Position numbers and translations under genes: made by a program
Part shown: in pieces, positions 28,147 to 38,658 of the stretch
Layout: each line of letters opens with the position of its first letter
Numbering within the stretch: the stretch's first letter is position 1
Virus record (IMG/VR): IMGVR_UViG_3300005573_000001
DNA length: 64,000 bases
DNA from: a virus
Direction: 5' to 3' (one strand)
Notes under the pieces: generated by a model
Told to the model about the DNA's origin: nothing
Databases searched by the model: none
The model's input: only the letters and a program-made list of their open reading frames with translations

Positions 28147-29611
28147 TAATATCTCCTTCAAAGTCAGTCGGTTCCATCTGGGCAACCAGTCTATTATATT
28201 CAGTAGAATTAGTACGTAGATAGTCGGCGAAGGCAGCTTTACCATTAAGGTTCTGCTCAACTCCCTGACTATCTGTATAGTAGATACGAGCGCCGGCTCG
28301 GCGTACCAGACCCAAAGTAAGGGCAGTATCAACAAGCTCAGCTACCTTATCAAGACCTACTCCATAATAGAGAGGGACAACCGCCTGCTTAAATGGGAGA
28401 GCAGTCTTATTCTTCGTAACACGGATATTCATCTGATGACCAATTACAGTAGCACCGTCCTTAATAGGCTCGCCCTTACGAACGCAGAGACGCATACTGG
28501 CATAAAAGGCCAAGGCGCGACCGCCACTAGTAACCTCAGGAGAATTATGAACTATCACACCGGTATCAGACCCACCAACGACATAGTTAGCATGGTCCTC
28601 AATAGTAAGGTCATACCGACCAAGAAGCGCGGTCTCAGCAGAGGTCAGATACCGGAGCAAGGTAATTGGAACATCAGTTATAGTAAGGTCGACTGCCTTA
28701 GCCATAAGGCGCGTACCTATAGTGAGAGACCGAGCAGGTTTCCAGCCATCCTTAGTAAGGACCAAATGGTCAGGAGTCACCGCAAGGGAAAGGACACCTC
28801 CATCACTAGACAAAGGAGCCTCAATGTAGATATAGTCAGAAGAACGGGCAACATAACCATTGAAGTGCCAGTCAAGAATGGACTTAGGCTCGAGAAGACC
28901 GGTTTGTTCATTAAGGGCCCAGACACGACCATCGATACAGTTCTCGACAACATCTTTAATTGGAATGGAGCGCCCATCCACAAAGTTAACCAAGGTACTA
29001 CCGTGTACACATCCGTAAAGGACACCAACCTTCTCACGAATCTGGTTAATGAATATAAGAGTACAGTCGTTAGCACTGAGAATAGGAGCAAGAAGTCTTA
29101 GACTCTTGCTCATCAAGCGAGCCTGAGTACCAATAGTATTCTTAGAGACGGAATCGGCCTCAAACTCAGCACTTGGAACTAAGGCTGAGACAGAATCAAT
29201 AACGGCTAGATTACAATTACCAGAGCGCACACACTCAGAAAGAATATCAAAGGTAACTTCGCCAGTAGGCGGCTGAACATACCAAACCCTATCAAGATCA
29301 ACTCCATAGGCAGCAGCCAAAGCCTTATCTAAGGTAGTCTCAAGATCAAGAAACAGCTGAAACTTATCAGGCTGGGCCTTCTGGGCCTCTATAATAGCCA
29401 GTAAGGCGATCGTAGTCTTGCCAGCCGACTCAGGACCATAAACCTCCTCAATCCTACCAACAGGATGTCCACCACCCATAGCTAAGTCTAGACGTAGACT
29501 GCCGCTGCTTATTCTACGAATATCGGCGTGCATCTCGCTCATCCTAACTATCTTAGTAGCATACTTACGCTGCAAATCAGAACGCAGCTTACTCATTGCA
29601 TCTAGAGTCAC
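28112..29611 (-). CDS. recA: RecA recombinase containing an intein
   Basis: YGPESAGKTT, IDSVSAL, QARLMS, FINQIREKVG|SPEVTSGG. Confidence 0.95.
   Translation of the reverse strand: MTLDAMSKLRSDLQRKYATKIVRMSEMHADIRRISSGSLRLDLAMGGGHPVGRIEEVYGPESAGKTTIALLAIIEAQKAQPDKFQLFLDLETTLDKALAAAYGVDLDRVWYVQPPTGEVTFDILSECVRSGNCNLAVIDSVSALVPSAEFEADSVSKNTIGTQARLMSKSLRLLAPILSANDCTLIFINQIREKVGVLYGCVHGSTLVNFVDGRSIPIKDVVENCIDGRVWALNEQTGLLEPKSILDWHFNGYVARSSDYIYIEAPLSSDGGVLSLAVTPDHLVLTKDGWKPARSLTIGTRLMAKAVDLTITDVPITLLRYLTSAETALLGRYDLTIEDHANYVVGGSDTGVIVHNSPEVTSGGRALAFYASMRLCVRKGEPIKDGATVIGHQMNIRVTKNKTALPFKQAVVPLYYGVGLDKVAELVDTALTLGLVRRAGARIYYTDSQGVEQNLNGKAAFADYLRTNSTEYNRLVAQMEPTDFEGDINDEGDNPEALE
28544..29011 (-). 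mobile_element. mini-intein (156 aa) in RecA
   Basis: LYG|CVHG ... VTPDHLVLT ... VIVHN|SPE; no endonuclease domain. Confidence 0.9.
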
Positions 29612-29942
29612 TAGTATTCTCCTTCCGAATAAGTTCTATTACAGTTAATAAAGTATCATAAGCAGTTAAGGTCTTAAAGCGCTCATCCTCAGACATGTGG
29701 GAGCCGAGCCGAGCATGATACTGTTGTGCTAAATTATCCAAGTAACTAAGTACAACAGTAGGAGTATCAGAAGCGGGCAAACCTACAACACTTAGGAAAT
29801 AGGCCCGCTCGTTATCAAGTTCACGTAGTACACTCTGGACAGCCTGTTCTTTAGATAAGTCTTGGCACAGTTCACGGTACATGAGCATACAGAACTGTCC
29901 AAGACCTTGGCGCAGTTCAGCAACCTTTAGTTCAGTAGACAT
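29589..29942 (-). CDS. hypothetical protein
   Basis: Likely start MSTELK with GGAGG RBS. Confidence 0.55.
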   Translation of the reverse strand: MSTELKVAELRQGLGQFCMLMYRELCQDLSKEQAVQSVLRELDNERAYFLSVVGLPASDTPTVVLSYLDNLAQQYHARLGSHMSEDERFKTLTAYDTLLTVIELIRKENTSDSRCNE

Positions 29943-30000
29943 TAGTATTACCTCCATAGAAGCCATTAAGGGGAGCTCAACAGCTCCCCACGGCAGCACC

Positions 30001-30387
30001 TTAGAAAAGCTGATCAGGTGCAAGAACTTCGACAGCCGGAGCCTTAGCTGCAGAATTGGCCGGATTTTCATCCAAGTACGTGATGTTGTCCACGCTTATG
30101 CGGAAGGCTTCCTTCTCGACACCATCTTTAGTGGTGTACTTGTTGGGTTCAACCGTTCCGGTCACGCGGACAAGCCTGTTAGCTTTGAGATAGTCTTTGT
30201 GCCTAGCGGCAAGACCTCTCCAGGCCGCACAGTTAATGAAGATGTCGTTCTTTATGAACGCAAATTCCAAAAGCTCGACATCCTGACCAGACGACTGAAC
30301 TACCGAATGCTTCGGGTCGCCTTTTACCCAGCCAATCAACTCAGCTGCGAACAGCTTAGTACTGTTAGAGGGCTTTTCATGTGCCAT
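30001..30387 (-). CDS. ssb: single-stranded DNA-binding protein
   Basis: FINCAAWRGLA..YLKANRLVRVTG..YTTKDG OB fold; C-terminal DQLF. Confidence 0.85.
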   Translation of the reverse strand: MAHEKPSNSTKLFAAELIGWVKGDPKHSVVQSSGQDVELLEFAFIKNDIFINCAAWRGLAARHKDYLKANRLVRVTGTVEPNKYTTKDGVEKEAFRISVDNITYLDENPANSAAKAPAVEVLAPDQLF

Positions 30388-30438
30388 TATCCATAACCTC
30401 CATATGTATTTTAATCACCATGGTGATGATTAACTGAA

Positions 30439-30966
30439 TTACTTACCAGAGGAGCCAAGACGGCCTTCCCCACGCTCTGACGCTATCGATACAACGGCAT
30501 CAAGGGTAGTAGGCACTATCTCAGCATCTGGAACAATCTCAAGCGCAGCTTGACATATAGCCTTAGTATACGGGTAGATCGTTACGCACTCAGACAGAGC
30601 GGGATCACCAACAAAGTTACCGTACATATCAAAATACTGATCTACCTTCTTAGTAATAATAATAGGTCTAAGGCTAGTATTATTAACTAAGACAAACCAT
30701 TCGTAACGGTAGCCAGAATCTATCTGACCAGCCCTAATAGCCATAGCACGTATACCGGTATTACCGCGCTCACGCAACTCAAAGCGGTAACCTGACGGCC
30801 AAGCAGTCACAAGACCAGTAGGAACACTAACTATATCCAAAGGCCTAATGACAAGAAAGTCACCCGGAAAGTCAGCGTAAATATCGTAGCAGCCATCCTC
30901 AGGACGCTTAGTAGGAATACGGACACCTTCATGTAACGGAGCCACAAAAACCTTAAGTGATGCCAT
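30439..30966 (-). CDS. dut: trimeric dUTPase
   Basis: GCYDIYA, VPTG, AGQIDSGYR, RGEGRLGSSG. Confidence 0.9.
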   Translation of the reverse strand: MASLKVFVAPLHEGVRIPTKRPEDGCYDIYADFPGDFLVIRPLDIVSVPTGLVTAWPSGYRFELRERGNTGIRAMAIRAGQIDSGYRYEWFVLVNNTSLRPIIITKKVDQYFDMYGNFVGDPALSECVTIYPYTKAICQAALEIVPDAEIVPTTLDAVVSIASERGEGRLGSSGK

Positions 30967-31420
30967 AATCTTTACCTCGTACATAAATTGTTTGGTTAGA
31001 AGTAGCCAAAGTTACGCCATACATCTGATACCCAGAGACAGCTAGCTCTGGCTCATAACGGCCACTCTTAATATAATCAAAGAGTAACTTGATAGAATCA
31101 GGAATTTCATCAATGGGATACCGGGTGAAAAGCCAGAAGGGACAAGAAGTCAAAGAGCGAAGGGCAGTAACCAAGTCTACCAACTGAGAGGAATCATTGT
31201 CTAAAGGCTCACCACCCAGTATCCACAAAGATTTTATAATAGGTACACTAGTCAGCTTACTAGCTATACTGGTCAAGCAGGTATACCAAGGTTGACCAAC
31301 ATTAAAGTCCCAAAGGTCAGGATTATGGCAGCCACGACACTTAGGCTGTGCATTGCATCCTGATAAGTAAATCTCAAAGGAACTAGTAGCAAGACTAAAC
31401 TGCGTCGCTGCAACATTCAT
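30953..31420 (-). CDS. nrdG: anaerobic ribonucleotide reductase activase
   Basis: GCNAQPKCRGCHNP, ILGGEPLD, TSNQ; adjacent to nrdD. Confidence 0.9.
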   Translation of the reverse strand: MNVAATQFSLATSSFEIYLSGCNAQPKCRGCHNPDLWDFNVGQPWYTCLTSIASKLTSVPIIKSLWILGGEPLDNDSSQLVDLVTALRSLTSCPFWLFTRYPIDEIPDSIKLLFDYIKSGRYEPELAVSGYQMYGVTLATSNQTIYVRGKDYGIT

Positions 31421-34400
31421 TAATGGCCTCGGGAGTATCAGAAATTTCAGGCACGTCAAGGGCGGAAAGATTATAGCGTTGCCGAAGTGGGTAATCTTGC
31501 TCACGGCGTACGCTATGCCAGTTGCGGACAGACGTTAAGAAACCTACAACACGGGTATAATTATCTTTAATATCGCTACCGCAGATACTACAATGGTCTC
31601 CAACATGAACAGTCAGATGACCGTCATAGCACTCCTGTAAGTTATAGTTAAGAGCCCAATATACAACACCCTGCTTAGCACAAAACTCTATCAGCTCAGC
31701 TATCTTATCTTCAGAAACAGGCTGTTCCACATTAATATGCGCAATAGCACCACCAGAGAAGTAGCGGTCAAATATACCCTGAAGACGTATCCTGTCCAAG
31801 ACATCAGCACGAGTCGTAAGAGGAATAAACTGATTAGAGTAGATAGAATACTTATCATTATAGCCCAAGAGGGCATCCTTCTGAGCAAGCTTTATAGAGA
31901 CATTCTCAGCTGGTATCTGCTCAACGTTATGTGGTGCCTTATAGAGCTTTTGCATCTTATCGTTCTCATCATTAATAACGCCAATTAGGTCAAGACCAAA
32001 CTGAACGCCCGAATCGGAGAGCACGTCATAGCCAAGAATCTCAAGACATTCGTTAAAGCCATTAATACCCACAGTACTATACTGACGTCCTATATTAATG
32101 AAGCCGAGGGAATAGAGCGGATGATTACCGTTAGTTATACGCTTCTGAACCACACGACGCTTACAGTAATTAATCTTAGCACAAGTCTGTACTAGCTCAC
32201 GCAAGGCCGCAAAGAACTCTTCCTTAGGCTTACCTACAAACTTAGTAGCTAAGCGAGGAAGGTTCAAGCAGACTACACCTAAACTACCTATCTTAGTACT
32301 ACCAGCTCCAAAGGAGTTAATATACTCGTTCTTCGTACTACTACGCAGCCGGCAATTATGGGTTACTATACCGTTAGGAAGCGTAAAATACGGCTCATCC
32401 TCCATCTCAAAGCAGTAAACATATGAAGGAGCACTATCAAGAGGAAAAACAAAACGCACCCTAGAATAGGAAGGAGGGTTGGGAGAAGTAGCGTTATCCC
32501 AAGGAAGAGCGTAAAAAGAAGAGGGAATACCAAGAGACGTACAAAGAATATCAACGCGCTGCCTATTAAGAGACGAAGGTAAGGAAATATCTCCAGTATA
32601 GACCGTTAGGCCAGCAAGAATACCATACCTGAACGCTGCAGACTCAAGGATAACATCAGGAGTAAGCAACCCCGAGGATGCAGGTATAAAGGACCGTATA
32701 AGGTCAACAAGACGAGACGAACAAGCCTGATAGATAGACATACCCGGGGCAGGGGAATCGATGTAGAATAGAGGGTCGGCGTCAAAGTCTGCTAAGACCG
32801 TATTCAAGGAATCAGATAGGCTTAGGAAGAGGCGGTCAGCTAAAGCAAGGGTAACCGTGTCGCCATCAATACGACCGGCACGTAGAACAAGACCTATCCA
32901 AATGCCCTGCTCATAAGTTAAGGCATGGTTCTGAGCAGGTAGGGGTACGGAATTTACCAAGAGGTAATCGTCAGTGGTAAGCTCGACAGTAGGCACGTCG
33001 CCACGCCGCGTCGGATGGAGGTGATCCTCAGTAACTAACAATGTCTTATCATCATCAGTAAGTATGCAATACATACGCTTATTACCACGAGGTAAGCGGA
33101 TAACACGACCTTTGACCCAACAGCCCTTATGGAAAATAGTAAAGTCGTCAGGAGTATTGTTATAAAGGTCCTCAAAGGATACGCTACGCACTCCGCTACC
33201 GTCCTTAATAAGCACAGTCTGAGCGCCATCAAAGCAACAGGAAGAGAGCGTACTAGTTTCACCTGAATAAATGCTCATAAAGGCAAAGGGCTGTTCATAA
33301 TGAGCAATAGTCTTTAGAAACTCACGATCACGAATATTACGGTTCTCATCCACGCTAAAACAAGCCGAGGTCACAGGAAATGTTACAGGAGTCCTAGTAA
33401 GCTCGGAATTCATAGTGGACATGAAAATTTCCTGCAGGCGCTTAACTGTCTCCTTCCTAGGCGTATAGCCGTCAGGAAAAACATAGTTCGGGAGCAGGGA
33501 GTCTAAGAAATAGTCATCATAGACAGAGACATTAGTAAAACAAGACTGGTTGCCGCGCAACGGCTGATTAATAGTATAGATAAAACTTACCAAGGTCTCC
33601 CGCACATACTTATAGACATTAAGGGAAAACCATTCAGGACAAGCAGGAGCAGTCTTTTCAAGGGTAGCATTAATTGCCTTACAGCGTTGCCACAGCATAG
33701 CTTCCCTAGTAGGCTCATCGATACCAGAAGAAGATTCTATGATAGCAGCCAGCTCCTCCAGCTGGGTAGAGACACGTGCTCGCTCGGCATCGGAAAACCA
33801 GCCATCAAAGAAGAACCCCGCGTCGTTGCCGGTTCTAAGAATCTGGTCAACATAATAAGCCATTACAATAAGCAGATCAGCAAGACCAGTAGCACCCAGA
33901 GTAGAATTGGCAGCTATTATAGTGAATTGCTCTACTTGGCTCTTAAAGGAATACAGATACTTAGGAGGAATACTCTTAATCTTCTGTATCATAGGAAGGC
34001 CGAGAAGAGCCACATCATAAGTAGCATAGTTAAAACAGTTATGCTGTAACAAACCCTGGCTTACAAAGTGACGGGTAGCTGTAGTTACGTCATAGACATA
34101 CTCGGGAGTATCCCAGAGTTCAATCTTAGAGATCTTGTTACTAGGATCACTAGGAGTAGAAGGCTTACGAGCATAGGTTAGGACATAAGTACCAGAACCA
34201 AGGAAGGAAGTAGATACCTTAGCAAAGCGCAAAGCTCTAATTATGTCAGCTAGCTGCTGTACAAGCGCATAGGAAGGCAACTTCAGCTCAATAGTTTCCT
34301 GATGAAAAGATCCCATAACAAGAATCCCGGACACTAAGCTATGTAAGGCAGAAGACGACCAACTAAGGACATCCGGGGGCAAACTAAGGGGTAAAGTAGT

Positions 34401-35315
34401 AGCACCACATAGAGCAGAATCGAGACAGTGCTTAGAAAGGATAAAGGGGCCACTAGGCCAAGGACTATGAAAAAGTCTCCTTATAACGGCAGCGTCCCGC
34501 TCATCAGTAGCCGGGAGCTTAAAGCCACCGAGGAGTAGGCCCAAGACATAGGCATAGTCGGTAGACACATCTACAGTAGAGGAGATAGGTAGGAGAGTAT
34601 CAGCTAGTTTAAGGGTATCACCCAAGACTAACGAGTCAGCGCGCTTATCGCCAGTATCGGTGATAACAGGGTGGTCGGCTGTAACAATCGTACAATGGCC
34701 ATCCTCCGTCTCTAACTTAATGAGAGGAGCATGAGACTTATGACGCATTACAACAGGGGTAGGAACCCATTTGCCGCCTTGATCTAGCAGAGCAAGATTA
34801 GTAGGATAGATAGCCTCATAACCATCCAAAGAAACTACAGGAAAGATAACTGCCAAGTAGTCAAACAAATCCTGCATAGTAAAGTAATAAACAGTATCAT
34901 CCAAACGAGCAGTCACAGAGGTTCCACCATAATAAGAATACGGCAGGCCAGCTCCTACTCCCCAAAGGTCATTAATATAGAAGTCACCGGTAATCTGTTG
35001 CTCTATAATAGTATTAGCAGTTAGAAGTCCATAAACCTTCTTCAGCTCTTTCCAAAGAATAAAGAGGCTGTTCAGCTTAAAGAGAGGCTTAGGCATTTCT
35101 GTATTATAAGCAATAACACTAACATCGTCAACATTAGCATTAGCATCCATGCTAACGTCGGCAGTTGTACGGGCACTATAGAAACTTTTACTGAAGGCAC
35201 TCAGGTCCATCTGTTTACCAATACCTTCAAGGTCAAAAAGCTTAGTAGGGTACTTGCTACGCAAGTACATCATAAGATCATCAAATTCCTGATCATAGGT
35301 TATTGAAGAATACAT
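31395..35315 (-). CDS. nrdD: anaerobic ribonucleoside-triphosphate reductase with two inteins
   Basis: TFPV, SSC|CRL, GSLGVVCLNLPR, EQIPAE, glycyl-radical loop YTRVVGFL. Confidence 0.93.
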   Translation of the reverse strand: MYSSITYDQEFDDLMMYLRSKYPTKLFDLEGIGKQMDLSAFSKSFYSARTTADVSMDANANVDDVSVIAYNTEMPKPLFKLNSLFILWKELKKVYGLLTANTIIEQQITGDFYINDLWGVGAGLPYSYYGGTSVTARLDDTVYYFTMQDLFDYLAVIFPVVSLDGYEAIYPTNLALLDQGGKWVPTPVVMRHKSHAPLIKLETEDGHCTIVTADHPVITDTGDKRADSLVLGDTLKLADTLLPISSTVDVSTDYAYVLGLLLGGFKLPATDERDAAVIRRLFHSPWPSGPFILSKHCLDSALCGATTLPLSLPPDVLSWSSSALHSLVSGILVMGSFHQETIELKLPSYALVQQLADIIRALRFAKVSTSFLGSGTYVLTYARKPSTPSDPSNKISKIELWDTPEYVYDVTTATRHFVSQGLLQHNCFNYATYDVALLGLPMIQKIKSIPPKYLYSFKSQVEQFTIIAANSTLGATGLADLLIVMAYYVDQILRTGNDAGFFFDGWFSDAERARVSTQLEELAAIIESSSGIDEPTREAMLWQRCKAINATLEKTAPACPEWFSLNVYKYVRETLVSFIYTINQPLRGNQSCFTNVSVYDDYFLDSLLPNYVFPDGYTPRKETVKRLQEIFMSTMNSELTRTPVTFPVTSACFSVDENRNIRDREFLKTIAHYEQPFAFMSIYSGETSTLSSCCFDGAQTVLIKDGSGVRSVSFEDLYNNTPDDFTIFHKGCWVKGRVIRLPRGNKRMYCILTDDDKTLLVTEDHLHPTRRGDVPTVELTTDDYLLVNSVPLPAQNHALTYEQGIWIGLVLRAGRIDGDTVTLALADRLFLSLSDSLNTVLADFDADPLFYIDSPAPGMSIYQACSSRLVDLIRSFIPASSGLLTPDVILESAAFRYGILAGLTVYTGDISLPSSLNRQRVDILCTSLGIPSSFYALPWDNATSPNPPSYSRVRFVFPLDSAPSYVYCFEMEDEPYFTLPNGIVTHNCRLRSSTKNEYINSFGAGSTKIGSLGVVCLNLPRLATKFVGKPKEEFFAALRELVQTCAKINYCKRRVVQKRITNGNHPLYSLGFINIGRQYSTVGINGFNECLEILGYDVLSDSGVQFGLDLIGVINDENDKMQKLYKAPHNVEQIPAENVSIKLAQKDALLGYNDKYSIYSNQFIPLTTRADVLDRIRLQGIFDRYFSGGAIAHINVEQPVSEDKIAELIEFCAKQGVVYWALNYNLQECYDGHLTVHVGDHCSICGSDIKDNYTRVVGFLTSVRNWHSVRREQDYPLRQRYNLSALDVPEISDTPEAINECCSDAV
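32355..33236 (-). mobile_element. intein 2 in NrdD (294 aa, degenerate LAGLIDADG)
   Basis: SSC|CFDG ... VTEDHLH ... GIVTHN|CRL. Confidence 0.9.
34038..34937 (-). mobile_element. intein 1 in NrdD (300 aa, Ser start, degenerate LAGLIDADG)
   Basis: LPY|SYYGG ... VTADHPV ... VYDVTT..LLQHN|CFNY. Confidence 0.87.
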
Positions 35316-35355
35316 AATGTCACTCCATCTGATTTGAAAGTTATACGAAACCAGC

Positions 35356-38300
35356 CTAGACAGAGGTAGGATTGTTAATATCTTCAACGACAAGTGTATC
35401 CGAATATCCAGGCCGGGAGAGACGGGTTATAGTAAAGAGTTTAACAGTCTTAGAGCGCACCTTACGGTGTAACTTAGCATAGTCCTTAGGAAATATAGTC
35501 AGCGTGACACGTCCATTACGGGACATCTCAACATCCACAAAAGACATAAGTTCTCCCTTCTTAGTAGTAACGGTACGGTGCTCCAAAACAAAACAAGGTA
35601 CAGTAAAGGAAGTTCGCTCAGGAATATCAGACAAGCGAACGTCAGTATCATAGTCTGCCAAAGGACTCAAAGTAAGATAGGTGCCAAGGAGCTCATACTC
35701 TTTATCCAATATATCGGCAGCGGTTACAGGGCCGGGCTCCAAGGGCAACCCACGTAACTCCAAAAGATAGTTAAGGAGCTCGAACCGATTAGCACAGGAG
35801 CGCTCACGAGGCAGAGTATCGAGGGCACCAGCATATACAAGAGCAACAATAACCTTACGATTAAGCTCAGACTTCAGTGTACTCGCAGCCAAGTGCTCGA
35901 TACTAGTAAAGGGGCGTTTAGCTAAAAGACTTACCAAGTTACCATCACCCAGTCCCATAATGAAGGACAACCCAACACGGATGTTACCGTCCTCGACGGA
36001 AAAGCCTATTTCAGACTTATTAAGGTCAGGAGGTAAGATGGCCATACCATCACGGCGACACTCATCGAGATAGGCAATGAGCAGCGCTCGCTCACCTGTA
36101 ATATGAGCAGTCATAAAGGCAGCCATATACTCAGGACGATAGTAAGCCTTAAGCCATGCAGTCTGATAGGTCAACTTAGAATAGCAATAGGCATGAGACT
36201 TGTTAAAGGCATAATCAGCAAAGGTTTCTAGCTGAGAAGAAATCTTCTTAGCTACATCCTCACTCATGCCCATACGAATAAGGCCAGGAATTGCATGTTC
36301 ATTAGGATCAGTGGGATTAGTTCCATAGACAAGCTTGTCAAGTTCTGCAAGCAAGATAGAGCGCTTCTTCTTACCCACGCCCTTACGTAGCGCATCAGCT
36401 TCACCAGGAGTAAAACCCGCAAGCTGTTTCGCTATCTCCATAACCTGTTCTTGGTACACAATAACGCCATAAGTCTCACGAAGTATTGGCTCCAGACGGG
36501 GATCGTCATAGGTAACAGGCGTATATCCCCGAGAGCGGGCAATATAGCTAGGAACAAGGTCTAAAGGACCCGGACGATATAGAGCATTAATAGCAGCAAT
36601 GGCGGCCAAATTAGTCGGACACACACTAGAAAGAATACGGCGCATACCGTCAGACTCAACTTGGAACACACCTGAGGTATCACCTTTACTAAGGAGCTCG
36701 TAAACTCTAGGATCAGAGAAGTCGTCAGACTTACCGATAGCATAGTAATCGAGCTCAATACCCCGGGCCTTAAGCATACGCAGCGTATCCGCAATAATTG
36801 ATAGGGTCTTCAGAGCAAGGATGTCAACCTTTATTAGACCAAGCTGCTCTATCGCGTCCATATCAAACTGAGAGACGACTACCTGCTCGTCACGATCAAG
36901 CATAAGGGGACAATACTTAGAGAGGGGCTCAGGAGAGATTACAACGCCAGAAGCATGGGAGGAAACATTGGCAGGAAAGAACTCTACCTTCTCAGCAATA
37001 GAAATCCAATTAGGGTATTCCTCCATAGCACGCACAAGCTCAGGAATAGGGTCCAAACCCTTGTCTGGATTTCCATGAAGACACTCATGAAGAGTACGAA
37101 GCTTACCTGCATCAGAAGGAATACACTTAGAAATAAAGTCAATAGCTTCATTAGGAACACCAAGAGATTTACCGACGCGACGCAAAGCGGCCTTAGCAGT
37201 CAAAGTAGAGATAGTGCCTATAGTACAAACACGGTCAGCACCATAATGCTCAGCTAGATATTGAAGTAACTCTCCACGACGATTGCGATCAAAGTCTATA
37301 TCAATATCCGGATACATAACACGCTCAGGATTTAAGAACCTCTCAAAGAGAAGTCCATACTTGATAGGATCCATGTCGGTAATACCGAGAGCATAGGAGA
37401 CCAAGGCTCCAGCAGCACTACCACGACCCGGACCCACAAGAATACCACGACTCTTAGCGACGTCCACATAGTCCTTAACTATAAGGAAGTAACTTGCAAG
37501 CTTTTTGTCGCAAATAACACCTAACTCATACTTAAGACGAGACATATACAGGTCGAAATCCAGATCTTCAGCTTCGATCTTAGCATACATATTCCTTAGA
37601 GCTAAAGACTTAAGGTGAGCTTCAGGAGTTGTACCACCAGGTAAGTCAGTAGCTATAGGAGGATGTAAAACACCAAGGTCAATAGTAACATTACAGGCAT
37701 CGGCTATACAAGCGGTGTTACGCACAGCTTCAACAGGCATACCAGCATCAAGCATCTGCTGTTCAGTATGAAGAAAATAGACGTTATCGGGAAAGCGCAA
37801 CCTATCAGGAGCATCCACAAGAGAATTAGTCTGCATCGCAAGAACGACATCGTGAAAATGACAGTCTTCCTGATCTATATAATGAACGTCACTGGTACAC
37901 ACCAAAGGGATACCAGTGTCGCGACTAATCTGAATAAGTGCAGCATTTACTGCCAACTGCTCAGATAGAGTAGAGGGCTGTAGCTCTAAGTAAAAGGCAT
38001 CAAACATAGCGCTAAAACGACGAGCCAAAGCTACAGCCTCAGAAGTTTTACCAGCAAGAATAAGGCGCGAAATTGGCCCAGCTAAGCAAGCGGAAGTAGC
38101 AATGATTCCCTTACCATACTGAGACAAAACAGACATATCCGTCAAAGGACGATAGTAAAAGCCATTAAGGTTTGCATCCGTAACTACCTTAATCAGATTC
38201 TCGTAGCCTTCGTTAGTAGCAGCAAGTAGAAGGAGATGGCAGCCTTGATTCCAAGTAATAACATCCTTATAGCGCACCTCCTTAACTTTAGTGCCATCGG

Positions 38301-38622
38301 GCCCTTTAAGAGTAACAGTCTGTTTATGAACGGTAGAACGCGCATACGGAGCATACTCAGGATCAGTAGCAGCAAGCATGTCAAGACGAGCCCTATCCTT
38401 AATAGTACGGTCTACAGTTACATAGACTTCTGCACCTAAAATAGGCTTAATACCTTGCTTGCGGCATTCAGTATAAAACTCAACAATACCTAACATATTA
38501 CCGTGGTCGGTAATAGCAAGGGAATCCATACCATACTGTTTAGCACGAGCCACTAACGCCGGTATCTCACAAATGCCGTCGAGCACGCTCATGTAAGTAT
38601 GGTTATGCAAGCTAATATACAT
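35356..38622 (-). CDS. dnaE: DNA polymerase III alpha subunit (DnaE type)
   Basis: PHP domain LHNHTYMS/AITDHG, GRGSAAG, PDIDIDF, YAFNKSHA, C-terminal OB fold. Confidence 0.96.
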   Translation of the reverse strand: MYISLHNHTYMSVLDGICEIPALVARAKQYGMDSLAITDHGNMLGIVEFYTECRKQGIKPILGAEVYVTVDRTIKDRARLDMLAATDPEYAPYARSTVHKQTVTLKGPDGTKVKEVRYKDVITWNQGCHLLLLAATNEGYENLIKVVTDANLNGFYYRPLTDMSVLSQYGKGIIATSACLAGPISRLILAGKTSEAVALARRFSAMFDAFYLELQPSTLSEQLAVNAALIQISRDTGIPLVCTSDVHYIDQEDCHFHDVVLAMQTNSLVDAPDRLRFPDNVYFLHTEQQMLDAGMPVEAVRNTACIADACNVTIDLGVLHPPIATDLPGGTTPEAHLKSLALRNMYAKIEAEDLDFDLYMSRLKYELGVICDKKLASYFLIVKDYVDVAKSRGILVGPGRGSAAGALVSYALGITDMDPIKYGLLFERFLNPERVMYPDIDIDFDRNRRGELLQYLAEHYGADRVCTIGTISTLTAKAALRRVGKSLGVPNEAIDFISKCIPSDAGKLRTLHECLHGNPDKGLDPIPELVRAMEEYPNWISIAEKVEFFPANVSSHASGVVISPEPLSKYCPLMLDRDEQVVVSQFDMDAIEQLGLIKVDILALKTLSIIADTLRMLKARGIELDYYAIGKSDDFSDPRVYELLSKGDTSGVFQVESDGMRRILSSVCPTNLAAIAAINALYRPGPLDLVPSYIARSRGYTPVTYDDPRLEPILRETYGVIVYQEQVMEIAKQLAGFTPGEADALRKGVGKKKRSILLAELDKLVYGTNPTDPNEHAIPGLIRMGMSEDVAKKISSQLETFADYAFNKSHAYCYSKLTYQTAWLKAYYRPEYMAAFMTAHITGERALLIAYLDECRRDGMAILPPDLNKSEIGFSVEDGNIRVGLSFIMGLGDGNLVSLLAKRPFTSIEHLAASTLKSELNRKVIVALVYAGALDTLPRERSCANRFELLNYLLELRGLPLEPGPVTAADILDKEYELLGTYLTLSPLADYDTDVRLSDIPERTSFTVPCFVLEHRTVTTKKGELMSFVDVEMSRNGRVTLTIFPKDYAKLHRKVRSKTVKLFTITRLSRPGYSDTLVVEDINNPTSV

Positions 38623-38658
38623 AGTTAACCCAAACGCCCAAAGGGCACGATGAAGTCC

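Noticed and set aside
28436-29101. Long antisense ORFs (also 416-1105, 29881-30396, 42722-43159 and others)
   Set aside because: They are shadow frames of well-supported genes on the opposite strand, with no motifs or RBS.
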